Assembly: GCA_001600815.1 (NCBI GenBank)
Contig: BCKZ01000014.1
Coordinates: 310,001-374,000, forward strand
Source: Alloascoidea hylecoeti
Lineage: Eukaryota
Length of the DNA: 64,000 nt
Direction: 5' to 3'
Shown here: piece by piece, positions 1-11,848 of the stretch
How positions within the stretch are numbered: position 1 is the stretch's first letter
Layout of the letters: each line of letters begins with the position of its first letter
Position numbers and translations under genes: made by a program
Notes under the pieces: generated by a model
What the model saw: the letters and a program-made list of their open reading frames with translations, nothing else
Told to the model about the DNA's origin: nothing
Databases searched by the model: none

Positions 1-451
1 AAGAATTTTAATATGATATACTACTTCAAAATTTTATTTGAAGAACATATTTATACGAAACACAAATATAGGAAAGGAATGAATGACTTAGCAGGAATTC
101 AATCACAAACAACTGGTAAACCCATCAGGCTCTATGTATCTACCAGGGTAGAAATTACTTATTTACCTACAAACAACTGAAATGAATATTTTAAATTTCT
201 TCTAAATTTTATATTTACCTTTCTTTCCTTATATTTACAGTTATTAAAAGTATTTATCTTTTTTTCTAGAGATCTCTTTTTTTTTTTCGTTGTTGTTATA
301 ATTGGTATGCATTTGGATATGTTTTGATTCTTGTTATTAGCTAGGAATGTTCGTTTTATTATGTTAGAATGTAACTAATCGTTACTTCTTTTTTCTTATT
401 ATATTACATGGTTAAATTAAAGTAGCTAAATTGTATAGCCGTTAATCATAT

Positions 452-1432
452 TTATATAAGATTAATCACAATATCATCATCAAATTTGACATTGTATATT
501 TTAACATTTTCAGTAATAATGTTGTTAATATTTACAAGTCTTCAAATTTGATTTTTGGGGATAACTTCGATCACAAATTTCCACTCCTTCACCGTTAACA
601 TTATGGCATAAGAAGCATGTCCGTCTATTTCATCTTTTAAACAAACTGCAGTCTGATTACATTTGTCCATATGCTTGATTGTGGAGGAGTTTTTAAAATT
701 TGGGTCCTTACTATAATGACGCTTGTAGCCTGGATTTTGGCCAACATTGATTGGTACAAACGGCCTTTATCCTAAACTTTTTAACATACCCTTAGAGTAA
801 TTATCTTCCTGTACTTTAGCAAAAAAAAAGTAATTCTTTTATAATTTCATTTTGTATCGAAACATTCCAGTCAACCATTTCCATGGTGGTTTTGGAGTCG
901 GTAATATCATTAGTATTCATTTCATTTTCAATCACAGGGTCCAATAATGTAGTTCCATAACCATCTTCGGAATCTCTGCAACTTATAAATGACCAGCATG
1001 TGAAAAATCGAGTCTGAATTTTTTCATTACAACATCATTAACACAACTGAATGATTTTATTAATCATACACGTTTAATCTATTTTCGTGGTATCGTAATA
1101 TCTGTTATTCATCGATGAATAGTCCCATATATTGAAAGCTCATGGTCTGCAATCGAAATTACAAACTTATCAAAACCCTCAAGAGGTTTTCTTTTCTCAT
1201 CATTCCATTCATCATCATCAGTTGCTGGATTTTGAACGCGAAATTCACGATATATTTTATAAATACATTTATAAACATTAATAAACCCTTTAGTAAAAAC
1301 TTCTTGTTTTCCTTCGATCAATTTATAATTTGTGTCAATATTAAGTTTTAGTTTCCCATCAATCACTTCATAATAGTTTCTTGATACTGTATAGAACTTT
1401 TCGTAGTTGGATTTAGTTATATGTTTGGGCAT
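452..1432 (-). pseudogene. Type-A orphan family copy A1 (disrupted)
   Basis: ATG at 1432; MPKHITKSNYEKFYTVSRNYYE...SIADHELSIYGTIHR, then in-frame TGA (1109-1111), further TAG/TGA stops and frameshifts. Homology to A2/A4 continues to a C-terminal KSNLKT...NVKFDDDIVINLI* ending at 452. Confidence 0.85.
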
Positions 1433-1784
1433 GGTGTTCAAAAAATTATAATGCTATAGAAGTAAAGAAATAAAATGGGCGATAGGAATAATAGGTTTCA
1501 AATATATAGGCTTGTAAAGGAAGAATCAATAAATATAGTTTCAGTATGGACCGTTTTAATATTAATACTTGCATGAGACTAGTTTACAGATATGTAATAT
1601 CCACTTTAAGCCATTATATGACTCAGCTACATAATTCTAAATAAAAGCACTATACTTTTAAAGAATACACTTTATGTCTGAACACTGCACATACCTATTT
1701 TGTATACATATCAATGGGTTCGATGCCCTTGAAATTGACAGTCGTACCTGCATTTCCCCAACTTTAAAAATATGAATTAATAAC

Positions 1785-2484
1785 AATTATGGTACTACTG
1801 ACAAGTATAAGTTGTTCAATGACTTGTCGAAATCCACTGAGAAAATCAAAACAAAATGTGTGAATTTTTATAACATTACAGTCTCGATTGAAGACCATGA
1901 GCTTTCAGACTCTGGAATTATTCATCGATTATATCAAAATATCATACTACCGATTCGAGTGGTGGAAGAGCGACTCTACATCAATGGTGATGATGGAAAA
2001 GATAGAATTAAAAAACTTACTTATTGCCCTTCGGGATATTGTAATGGAAGAGTTTCAACTAGAGTATTTTGATGTGACAGATAATTCTTTGATGAGCTTC
2101 AGAAGTTCAAATAATGGGTGCATTATTATTCCCTCCACTTCATCAGTTAAAGACATGTGTGTTCAATGGTTTTAGAGAGACATATGTCGATTGCTTTGCT
2201 ATAGTAATTGGGATGGTTTTAAGAAATATATGGCTTTCCAAGAGTTAGATAAATTTGTTTCTACCCAGGAAAAGGATTACACCACAGCTAAACTAAAAAT
2301 GATGAAGGAAAAACCATCCAGGACAATAATTTTGCTCTCATTTCAAATGTTAAGAACATTTTTGACATAAATCCACTTCTCAGAAAAAGAAAAATAGTAT
2401 AAAAAAAAGAAGCTTACGTGAATATATACATTCAAACACCGATTTGAAAAACATAAAGAGCGTCGGATTTAATGAACAAGCTAG
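1785..2484 (+). pseudogene. Type-B orphan family copy B1 (5'-deleted, frameshifted)
   Basis: NYGTTDKYKLFNDL...SIEDHELSDSGIIHR, then shifted frames (LLIALRDIVMEEFQLEYFD...MSFRSSNNG; STQEKDYTTAK; SNTDLKNIKSVGF). The conserved promoter block joins almost directly to mid-gene sequence, implying a deletion of roughly 400 bp. Confidence 0.85.
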
Positions 2485-2505
2485 TATCTTTTATTTTCAA
2501 TTACT

Positions 2506-2540
<35 letters not shown>
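2506..2540. repeat. (TA)n microsatellite
   Basis: Near-perfect TA dinucleotide run. Confidence 0.9.
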
Positions 2541-3029
2541 CTGGTATAGCTCTAGCTATGTATATGTATATTATATTCAAATTGTATCTGGAATGAATTA
2601 AATGGAATGAATTAATTCCTGAAAAGAATAATAGAAGTAAATATTTATATATATTTTTCTACTCAAATATATATATTTCAATAAGAAATTTTAAAACAAA
2701 TTTAAAGTAATAAGTATATCAATTATTCATATTCACTTTCCATTACCGGTTTATCATTATTAATGTGATAGACATCGTCATGCATCTCCGAGTTAATAAA
2801 CAGGTTCCTGCAGCTGCAGCTAGCTTAACCTCCAACACAAAAGTTAAAAATAATGCAATCGACAAATGGAGAAATCCCCAATTTATAGAAACTAAAAAAC
2901 TTCAGTGCCTTCGATTCATACAATGCAAATAATAAATAGGGAAATAACTGGGTTATATAAAAGTTCGTTCCCACAATATTTTTTCTCCTTCAACCTCTTC
3001 ATTATACACATAAACTACAAACTACCAAA

Positions 3030-4706
3030 ATGTCTTCTAAAGCACCATCCTCTAATTGTTCTGATTCGAGAAATATTGAACAGGAGACCTTTGAGGAAGT
3101 CGATTTGGATCAAGATTCAAACCCTATTGTCTCTTCATTTTCGACCACCTCTGGTCATCACAAAAAAGAATTGAAAATCAACGAAGAAACTGTTTATAAN
3201 GGTTTNNCNAAAANNGACNTAGANTCTTTATTATTTTGTTCTAATAATGAAAAGGAATCAAAAAAATCAATAAGATATTCCAAATATTTCATTAATCTTT
3301 TTTTATGTGTTATGTTATCTTTTGGAGGATTTATTATTTTCTGGGATTTCGGTACNATCGGTGGACTATTCTATATGAAAGAGTTTAAATTTTCTCACCA
3401 AAATATGGGTGGAATAATTGCTATTTTCGCTGTTGGGGCCGCTGTTGGTTCTGCCGGAGTTTCAAGACTCAGTGACTCCATGGGAAGAAAGTTGTGTATT
3501 TTATTGGGTGTAGCAATTTATGATATTGGAATGTTGGTTCAAATTCTTTTAACTCCTGATTATGAAATGGATTATTCAGGTATTATGTATGGAAGATTTC
3601 TGACTGGAGTTGGTGCTGGAACTTTGACTATTGTTTGTCGAGAATTGATAGCTGAAAATTCATTTCCATCTATTTGTCAATTATCGCTTAATCTTTTCCA
3701 TATTATAAGTTCCTTTGGCATGTTCAGTGGAGCTCTGTTNATTAAACTTACAGAAAATATCAAAATTGATATTGGTTATTATAGTCAATGGAAATTCATA
3801 ACACTTCTTTCTCTTGTCTGGTCTACTATTGTTATAATTGGGGTTTTATTTTCATTTGAGTCTCCAGTATATTTAATAACAATTGATAAGAAATATAAAG
3901 CTAGATTGAACCTTGGAAAAGCAATGGGTTTAGATATTCATGATTTAACAGTCCAGTGTCAAATATTAGAAATATCTAAACAAGATGAAGATAAAAATGT
4001 ATTATCTGTTCCTCTTTCCCTTAAAGGATTAAGAAAATTATCAATGATAGTGTTCTCAGACAAAAAGGTGACTTATAAATTAATAGCTTGTATTGGTATT
4101 CAATTCTTCGAGCAACTAACAGGTATTCATTTTCTTTTACATTATTTCCCTGAGATTATCAAAAATATTACTATTAGTAATAGTCATATTAATAATGATC
4201 CATTTATTTTGATGATGATTATTACAGCAGTTTATCTCTTTGGAATTATTATTGGATTACTTACTATTAAAATGAAAAGAAAATTAATTTTAATTTTTGG
4301 TTCCACAACTATGTTTTTATGTCTGCTTTCATCCTCGGTATTAGGACTCGGTTTTTTAAATGCAAAAAATCACATATTAATCGGTGATGCAATTTTCGGG
4401 CTTATATGTTCTTATGTGTTTGCATATTCTGCTTTCTGGGGAACTACCTCGAGTACTATTTGTGAGGAGACATTGGTTAACTTTTCGATATTAAACAAAA
4501 CATTAAATTCATTTTCATATTCAACAAGTTGGTTCACAGCAGCTTTTGTTACTTATTTTTCACCTTTTTTGATTGAAGTTATTGGGGTTTATTATTATAA
4601 TATGATTATTTGTCTTGGACTAATATTTTCTGTTTTATTTGTTTTCTTTCTTGTTCCTGAATCGTCTACAAAATCAAAGAGCTTGGATATTGATATCGAA
4701 AAGTAA
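3030..4706 (+). CDS. Divergent MFS sugar-porter (HXT-like) transporter
   Basis: 558 aa, ~12 hydrophobic segments, sugar-porter motifs GGFIIFWDFG, SDSMGRK, GRFLTGVGAG, FESP, QFFEQLTG, VPES; contains a few N bases. Confidence 0.85.
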   Translation: MSSKAPSSNCSDSRNIEQETFEEVDLDQDSNPIVSSFSTTSGHHKKELKINEETVYXGXXKXDXXSLLFCSNNEKESKKSIRYSKYFINLFLCVMLSFGGFIIFWDFGXIGGLFYMKEFKFSHQNMGGIIAIFAVGAAVGSAGVSRLSDSMGRKLCILLGVAIYDIGMLVQILLTPDYEMDYSGIMYGRFLTGVGAGTLTIVCRELIAENSFPSICQLSLNLFHIISSFGMFSGALXIKLTENIKIDIGYYSQWKFITLLSLVWSTIVIIGVLFSFESPVYLITIDKKYKARLNLGKAMGLDIHDLTVQCQILEISKQDEDKNVLSVPLSLKGLRKLSMIVFSDKKVTYKLIACIGIQFFEQLTGIHFLLHYFPEIIKNITISNSHINNDPFILMMIITAVYLFGIIIGLLTIKMKRKLILIFGSTTMFLCLLSSSVLGLGFLNAKNHILIGDAIFGLICSYVFAYSAFWGTTSSTICEETLVNFSILNKTLNSFSYSTSWFTAAFVTYFSPFLIEVIGVYYYNMIICLGLIFSVLFVFFLVPESSTKSKSLDIDIEK

Positions 4707-5667
4707 ACATTGTATTAGTTATAATCTTAATTAATTGTGACATTTTAAATACAACATATCATATAGAGCTAATATAAAAAAAGTATTTGAAATTTATAAC
4801 TAAAATATCTGTAGCGACAAGTAATCATATACATTTTCTTTTATAATTGTGAATATATCGTATAAGTTATATAACTAATTATCTACTAGCTAATCTAAAA
4901 ACTATTACATGTCAGTTCGATACTGTTCAAATCATAGTTATTATTATACAATTATAAATCCTCCACAGAATTAGGACATATGATTATAACTGGTGGTCTG
5001 TAAAGGTCAGAAACTTCAAAGCCTTAAACACAATTTCACACATTTTTAGGGTGTATTGATTTTTTTTTCATTCAATGCTTCATCTAATTCTGGTGAATAG
5101 TTTAATAAACGAATGAGTACTTTCCAATAGGATTTTTCTAAAATTTTAATCAAATTATCAAGAATTCTATATCCAATGATAATATACATATACATGTACA
5201 CTGATTTATTTATATCAAGAGGGATTTTACCATCATTTCTTTCAACATATTCGTTAAAACATTTTTTATATAACAATGCAACAGCCATATTCATACGATC
5301 TCTTATATTCCGTAAAACTATTGATATAGTTCTGATCTTCCAATACTACTTGAAACATTGTCATTTGAGGAAATCATTTGTGTTTACTTATCTTGCTTCG
5401 ATGCCAGGAGTTAACCGTAAAAAAATCAGTGATTTCCACCCCGCGTGGTACTTTCGAGTTATTACTGCTTATCATTGTTCGTGTGGTGTCATGGAAAATA
5501 GAAGATCCAGTAAAATAAATGATTGAAGAAGTAAGATAAATTTTCAGCCTACCTCCTGGTCTGGTGGTAAGTTGTAACTAGTTGAATATAGGCACAATAT
5601 GAACCTTCCTATCAATTTCCTCCTTACATTAAATTAATCATTGTTCTTATCATCTATAATCAATATT

Positions 5668-6244
5668 ATGGGAAGTTACAACTCTAAACTCGCCAATGAC
5701 AAAGGATATGATCCACCACCTTACGATTGGCCATTTCCCGCCCCATCTTCCAATATTAAGTCGCCATCAACTTCAGCTTCAGTTGAAGAAGTTGAAGACA
5801 TTGAAGCAGTTTTTAGTATCAGAGCAGAATTATTGGTTAAAAATCCAAGAGATTCCGGAAAATGGTCTGAGCCAAGAATGTGTATCATAAAATTCATCAA
5901 AAATATAAATGATGAAACATGTTCGTTCTCTTATCGCACTTGATATACACAATTCCAAGGTTTTATTAAATCATTTTATAGCACCAGAATATCATGTTTT
6001 AACTCTCACTTCAGGTTTTTTTAAATTACCGGAGTATTCAAATTTTGATTATAATCAGGGTAGTTATCAAACTTATACGCTTACTAGAAACTCTGACTTG
6101 AAAAGATTGAACAATTTATTGGCATTGGGGGTTTGTTTAAATTTTAGATCTGAATGGAATGCTGATAAATTCAGAAAAGAATTCATACAACAACAAGATA
6201 TAAATAAGAAGATTGAGAGTGATAAAAGTTTTATTGAATATTGA
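5668..6244 (+). pseudogene. Divergent Ran-binding domain (Yrb1/RanBP1-like) paralog with one frameshift
   Basis: Two overlapping ORFs join near 5915-5920 into ...EAVFSIRAELL...KW...KFIKN.../VRSLIALD...KVLLNHFIAPEY...FRSEWNADKFRKEFIQQQDINKK, collinear with Yrb1 (VRAKLF...EW...KFLKN...NHIIAPEY...[23 protein letters not shown]). Confidence 0.75.
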
Positions 6245-6505
6245 AGGTCATGATTAAAAATATTTATTTCTGGATCCTGATAGATGATTTATATCAATGT
6301 GATTAATTTGCTACATGTATAAGTATAAAGATAATTAATAGATGGATAACAAAATTTTGCTGGATAATTAAAATGCTAATAATATACTAAAAATAGTGGA
6401 GTTCAGTATCAGAATAGAGTTTATATGGATTTAAAATAAATGTCTGATCCAAAACTTCCGACTTCAAGAATTGGAAGTCCTTGAATCAGAATATAATGGT
6501 AATAC

Positions 6506-6590
6506 AGTTAAAGCTCTAAATGCCTGTTTCTCCCAGTTACGCCAAAAAGCCAATTGACTTCTTGTGAACTGTTCTAAGTGTGATACCAGA
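6506..6590 (-). mobile_element. Degenerate copy of the ~91-bp mini solo LTR
   Basis: Reverse complement aligns along its length with 13724-13814 (tgcctgtttctcccagttacgccaaaaagccaattgac...gtgaactgttctaag); termini decayed. Confidence 0.75.
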
Positions 6591-6716
6591 AATTAATTAT
6601 AAAGAAAAATAGGGGGAACCTTCTTAGACATTTTCATAGTTGTCTCTTATTAAAATTTTATCATTTTTATTACAATTACCAAATTAAGATATTTAAATTG
6701 TAGCCTTTGACTATAT

Positions 6717-7775
6717 TTATATGAGAAGTATATAAACATGATCATCAATTTTGACACTGAATCTGGAATTTCTGGTATTTTGATCAACATTCGATGGGGT
6801 AGAACTGGAAGACTTTAAATTTGATTTTTTGGGAGAACAACGACCAGAAATACTTACTCCTTCACCATTATTAACATTGATCATTGGGATCACATTCTGT
6901 GAAGTTTCATCAAATTCATTGACAATTTTATTTCGAATTTCAACAGAGGGTTTGATATTCGAATATATATTCCTATCTACTTCATTTTTTAAACGAACTG
7001 CAGTACGACGGCATTCATACAATTTTTTTAATGTATGGAAATCTCGGTAGTGTGGATCCTTACTATAATGATACTTATAATCTGGATGTTGGCCTTTCGA
7101 CTTCATTTCTTCTTGTGTATTAGAAAAATCAAGTAATTCTCCTATAACTTGAGTTTGCATCAGAAAATCCCACTTATAAGCACTATTAGCATCGTAATTG
7201 GTAAGGGTCGAACCCGTTGTAGCAGCTTCAATCATATTAATATCATCATCATCATCATCATCACCTACAGTGTCCAATAATGTAGTTACGTAACCGGCTC
7301 CTAATCCTCTACAACTTAGTAAAATACCAGGTTGTGCATCTTTAAGTGCAAAACTCCACATTACAGCCTGTTTCATATGATTGAGTAATTCTGGTATTTT
7401 ATTACCTATATCAGTTGAAATATTTTTTCGTGGTACTGTAATATTTGTTATTAGACGATGAATAGTACCATAGATTGAAAGCTCATGGTCTGCGATAGAT
7501 ATTACGAACACAAAATCATTCTTAAAATTTTTTATTTTCTTTTTCATGAAATGATAAATTTCCGGATTATCGACGCGAAATCGTTTACACAAATAATCGA
7601 CACATTTTGCAGTATTAGTAAATTCCCCTGTAAATACTTCTTGTATTCCATCAATCAACTCATATTCTGTGTCGAAATCAAGTTCTGATTCCTGATCAAT
7701 CACTTCATAATAGTTTATTGATATGGTATAAAACTTGCTGTAATTGGATATAGTTATATGATTATAATTAAGCAT
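6717..7775 (-). CDS. Type-A orphan family protein A2 (352 aa, intact)
   Basis: Open ATG-TAA frame with all family motifs; strongly similar to A4; no introns. Confidence 0.85.
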   Translation of the reverse strand: MLNYNHITISNYSKFYTISINYYEVIDQESELDFDTEYELIDGIQEVFTGEFTNTAKCVDYLCKRFRVDNPEIYHFMKKKIKNFKNDFVFVISIADHELSIYGTIHRLITNITVPRKNISTDIGNKIPELLNHMKQAVMWSFALKDAQPGILLSCRGLGAGYVTTLLDTVGDDDDDDDINMIEAATTGSTLTNYDANSAYKWDFLMQTQVIGELLDFSNTQEEMKSKGQHPDYKYHYSKDPHYRDFHTLKKLYECRRTAVRLKNEVDRNIYSNIKPSVEIRNKIVNEFDETSQNVIPMINVNNGEGVSISGRCSPKKSNLKSSSSTPSNVDQNTRNSRFSVKIDDHVYILLI

Positions 7776-8305
7776 GGTGTTAAAAAAATTGTAATAGTAG
7801 AAAGTTAAAAAATAAAGTCAAAAATGAGGAAAATAATAGAAAAGAAATATTTTAGTAAAATATTAGGATTAGGCTGGATTAGTGAATGAATTAATGTATT
7901 TTCTGTACCAACCGTATTAATCCAATGCATCACTAGTAAGAATCATCTAGAAATGGAGTCTGTAAATATGTAATATGCCACTTTAAACTATTCTATGACT
8001 TCGCTACATAATTTAAAGTCAAAATACTTACACCTTTAAGGAATAAAATTTATGTCTGAACACTGTAATATCCTATTTTGTATACCATCAATCTAATATG
8101 TGATGGCCTACTGATGAAACCTGCATTTACGGAACTTTAAAAAATTGTATTCATGAAGAATAGGAAGTATAATGTATATATTTATAGTCAACAATTAATA
8201 TATAAATAGAAGCAAGTGCAGAAATCATCTTTTCTTCATCCTCACACTTTTTAAACAAATTTGATATCTTTTTCCACCTAATTAACTAATTATAATTATA
8301 ATTAA
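7776..8305. promoter_or_regulatory. Conserved bidirectional promoter between A and B genes (also 1433-1780, 11390-11848, 15416-15972)
   Basis: CCTATTTTGTATA (1694, 8072, 11589, 15711) and ACCTGCATTT...AACTTTAAAAA (1746, 8119, 11668, 15793) recur in all four spacers; AATAGGAAGTATAA plus a TATA-like tract recur in spacers 2-4. Confidence 0.65.
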
Positions 8306-9235
8306 TTGTTTAATAATACTGATAACGATATGGATTATATTCTAAAAGACGCCAAAAAGTTTTACACTGTTTCACTCTGTTATTATGAATTGGAAAACGT
8401 CAATGAAGCTGAATCAGATGCTATGGAAATATTTAAATTGAAAAATACTTTTGTCGGTTCGTTCAATGATGTTGAGGAGCTCACTACGGACTTCTATACC
8501 GAATTTTGTGATATGTCACCGATAACCGAATACAGTATTNAAGATCTTAATGTTAATTATGGTACTACTGACAAGTCTGTCTTGTACAATGACTTGGTGA
8601 AAGCTACTNAGGAANTCGAAGTAAATTGTGNGAATTTTCATAACGTTACAATCTCGATTGCAGATCATGAACTTTCAGATTCTGGATTTATTCATCGATT
8701 ATATCCAAATATTGTATTATCACGTCGAATGGTGGAAGAGCGTTTCTCAATTAATGGTGGTAATGGTAATTATGGAACATTACTTATTTGCCTTCGGGCA
8801 CTTGTAATGGAAAAGTTTCAACTAAAATATTTCGATCCGGCAAATGATCATTTGATGAGTTGCAGAGGCTCGGAAAAAGGTTACATTTTGATGGCCTCGA
8901 CTTCATCAGTTAACGACAAAAATGATGAAGAGACAGGTGGTGATAGCTATACTAACTGGACTGCTTATAAACAATCCAAGATTTTTGAAGAATTAGAAAA
9001 TTATGTTTCTACACAGGAAGAGGATTACACCAGAATTAAACAAAAAATGGTGAAGAAAAAACCATGGAGGACTACAATTGGCCAGCGTTCAGAAGTTAAG
9101 AAAATTTTTGACATGAACCCCTATTGCAGAAATATAAGTATATCATTCGAAGCAGATGAAAGCCATAATCTTGTCCATTTGGAAGATGATGGTTCGGATA
9201 GTTATATAGTGGCTATGGTAAGTTTAGATAACTAA
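8306..9235 (+). CDS. Type-B orphan family protein B2 (first ATG lost, C-terminal tail truncated)
   Basis: Paralog of B3. The codon equivalent to the B3 ATG is TTG (next ATG at 8330). Stop at 9235 precedes the KSNLK/KCVRF tail present in B3/B4/B5. Four N bases. Confidence 0.7.
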   Translation: MFNNTDNDMDYILKDAKKFYTVSLCYYELENVNEAESDAMEIFKLKNTFVGSFNDVEELTTDFYTEFCDMSPITEYSIXDLNVNYGTTDKSVLYNDLVKATXEXEVNCXNFHNVTISIADHELSDSGFIHRLYPNIVLSRRMVEERFSINGGNGNYGTLLICLRALVMEKFQLKYFDPANDHLMSCRGSEKGYILMASTSSVNDKNDEETGGDSYTNWTAYKQSKIFEELENYVSTQEEDYTRIKQKMVKKKPWRTTIGQRSEVKKIFDMNPYCRNISISFEADESHNLVHLEDDGSDSYIVAMVSLDN

Positions 9236-9449
9236 ATTCATAAGACCTACAAATTCAATGATGTAATATCTGAATTATAGGTGAAGCTCGCCAGAACTTT
9301 CCTTATAAAAATAGCTAATTCCGCTTGAAGTTGCTATAAGTTTAATGGCTACTCCGCCAGAAATAGCTATACACTAAATAGTTATATAAAAAATTAGCTA
9401 GTTAGAAACAATATAAAAGGAGAACAAAATCTACTTTATATGCTTGTGT

Positions 9450-10550
9450 TAAATGAAGTGTGTGTAGGTTCCCTTATGGTCAGACCAAAAAATAAATATT
9501 ACTTTCTCTTTTACCATTACTCTCCACGTCAATCCGGTTCAAAGTAGAAGACAATCGATGTTAGTAATTTTCATTTCTTCACGCACAGCTGAACCCTCAA
9601 TTATTCCGTGTCGATATTTTAAAGGGGTTCTTCTTTCACTGATCTTCCCTATCATTCGAATGAAGGGTTTAATAGAAAGAAAAAGCAAAGCTTTTTGTGT
9701 TTTTAGGAATATGATGCATTGGAACACATTCGGACAATGCAAACGTGACTGTGATATTAGTATATCACTACTATTTGTGATTGTTGAATAGTATATCCAG
9801 ACGCGAGTTAATTCAACTTTAGTTGGTTCCTAAACACATATCAATAGCAATAAACGAAAATTACGTGAAAATCAAATGAGTTAAAACCTCTTTTGATAGG
9901 AATTATCGGTAGAAACGCACCTCAAACCCGCCTCAAGTTCTCGATTCATACCGAAATATTCTCTAAAGACAAACCTGGTTCAAAGCAGAAATGGTTATGA
10001 GATCAATTTAAATATGAGCTTGCAACATTCGCAATGCGGAAGACCCTGGTCGTATTCCAGTTATTTGCCTGAAATTATTAGAAGTCGCCTCAAAGTGCTT
10101 AAGTGGCATAATGGTAATCATTGAAATCACTCCATGAATTACAGAAGATCCGTAAAAGAGAAATGGTTGAAGAAATAACACAGGCCCATCAATTCAGTTT
10201 CGGCAAGAGTTGCTCTAATAGAGCGCCTTAAGAACAGATTCTCCATTTGGATATCATAAATTTACATCTTTTTAATTTAATTTAGAAGTTTTAAAATTTT
10301 TTGAAAAGGGTGATTAGATCTTTGATTTTCCGCTGATCAAAAAACCATATAATAATAATACTGATGATATTGTTATGAGCGATATGATTTCATCTTAAGA
10401 ATCTCATATAAAAATGGAAGAGATTATAGAGTTAATTCAGTATTATTGCAATATGACAGTGATACTTTAGATGATCTGGCAGAAGAAGAAGAAAGTGATA
10501 ATAGTAGTTTTACAGTTAGGTATTTAAAGATCAAATTTGAGAATTCTCCT
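9450..10550 (+). pseudogene. Decayed third gene ('C') and its upstream block, downstream of B2
   Basis: gtgtgtaggttcc... and tcactactatt...gattgtt blocks align with 13130-13520 (the first block also with 17467-17640); broken reading frames. Confidence 0.45.
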
Positions 10551-11389
10551 AGCTTGATCAATATTTGACGGTTTAGAGACAGAAGATTTCAAATTTTGAA
10601 TTTTTACCACAAATACTCACTCCTTCATCATTCGTAAAAATAATCATTGGTGTCACATTTTGTGTAGTTTTATCAATTATACTAGCAATTTTACTTTGAA
10701 TTTCAGCAGAAAGTTTGATATTGACATAAGATCTATGTCCGTCTATTTCATCTTTTAAACAAACTGTAGTCTGATTGCATTTGTCCATATGCTTGATTGT
10801 GGAGTAGTCACTAAGATTATAATCACTATTAGATTTTATTAAATCGGCATTGGACTTATCAACCATTTCCATGGTGGTTTTGGAGTCGGTAATATCATTA
10901 GTATTCATTTCATTTTCAATCACGGGGTCCAATAATGTAGTTCCATAACCATCTTCGGAATCTCTGCAACTTATAAACGACCAGCATGTGCAAAATCGAG
11001 TCTGAATTTTTTCATTACAACATCGTTAACACAACTGAATGATTTTATTAATCATACACGTTTAATCTATTTTCGTGGTATCGTAATATCTGTTATTCAT
11101 CGATGAATAGTCCCATATATTGAAAGCTCATGGTCTGCAATCGAAATTACAAACTTATCAAAACCCTCAAGAGGTTTTCTTTTCTCATCATTCCATTCAT
11201 CATCATCAGTTGCTGGATTTTGAACTCAAATTCATGATATATTCTATAAATACATTTATAAGCATTAATACCCTAGTAAAAACTTCTTGTATTCCTTCGA
11301 TCAAGTTTTAATTTTCCTATCAATCACTTATAATAGTTTGTTGATATATTAAACTTTTCATAATTGGATTTAGTTATATGTCTAGGCAT
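10551..11389 (-). pseudogene. Type-A copy A3 (disrupted; near-identical to A1)
   Basis: 10860-11300 is almost identical to 870-1330, including the same premature stops (HR*, PRK*, RV*); additional indels near the 5' end. Confidence 0.85.
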
Positions 11390-11848
11390 GGTGTTAAAAA
11401 AATCATAATGTTATAGAGGTAAAGAAATAAAATGGGGGATAGGAATAATAATAAAAAGAATTTTAGGGAAAAATTGAGCTTAAATATATAATTTAATAGA
11501 GGAGCTTCTAATGAAAGAATCAAAATATTTTTAAGTCAAAATACTTACACCTTTAAGGAATACAATTTATGTCTGAATACTGTAATATCCTATTTTGTAT
11601 ATAAATCAATAATTATACCACTAATCTCATCTGCATGTAATGAATTTGCGATGCCTATTAAATTCGTACCTGCATTTACGGAACTTTAAAAAAATGTATT
11701 CATGAGGAATAGGAAGTATAACAATATATATTTATGGCAGTCAAAAATTCATAAATAAATAAAGACATCTGCCAAAATAATTTCTTCCTCATCCTCCTCA
11801 CACTTGTTAAAAAAATTTCTACTATTTTTCTTTTTAATTAACAAAATA

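Noticed and set aside
1000..1111. Shared in-frame stops in A1/A3 as programmed readthrough or RNA-editing sites
   Set aside because: Several different stops plus frameshifts and deletions co-occur; duplication after pseudogenisation is simpler.
4960..5526. Short ORFs between the transporter and the RanBD paralog
   Set aside because: No recognisable motifs; at most a decayed relic.
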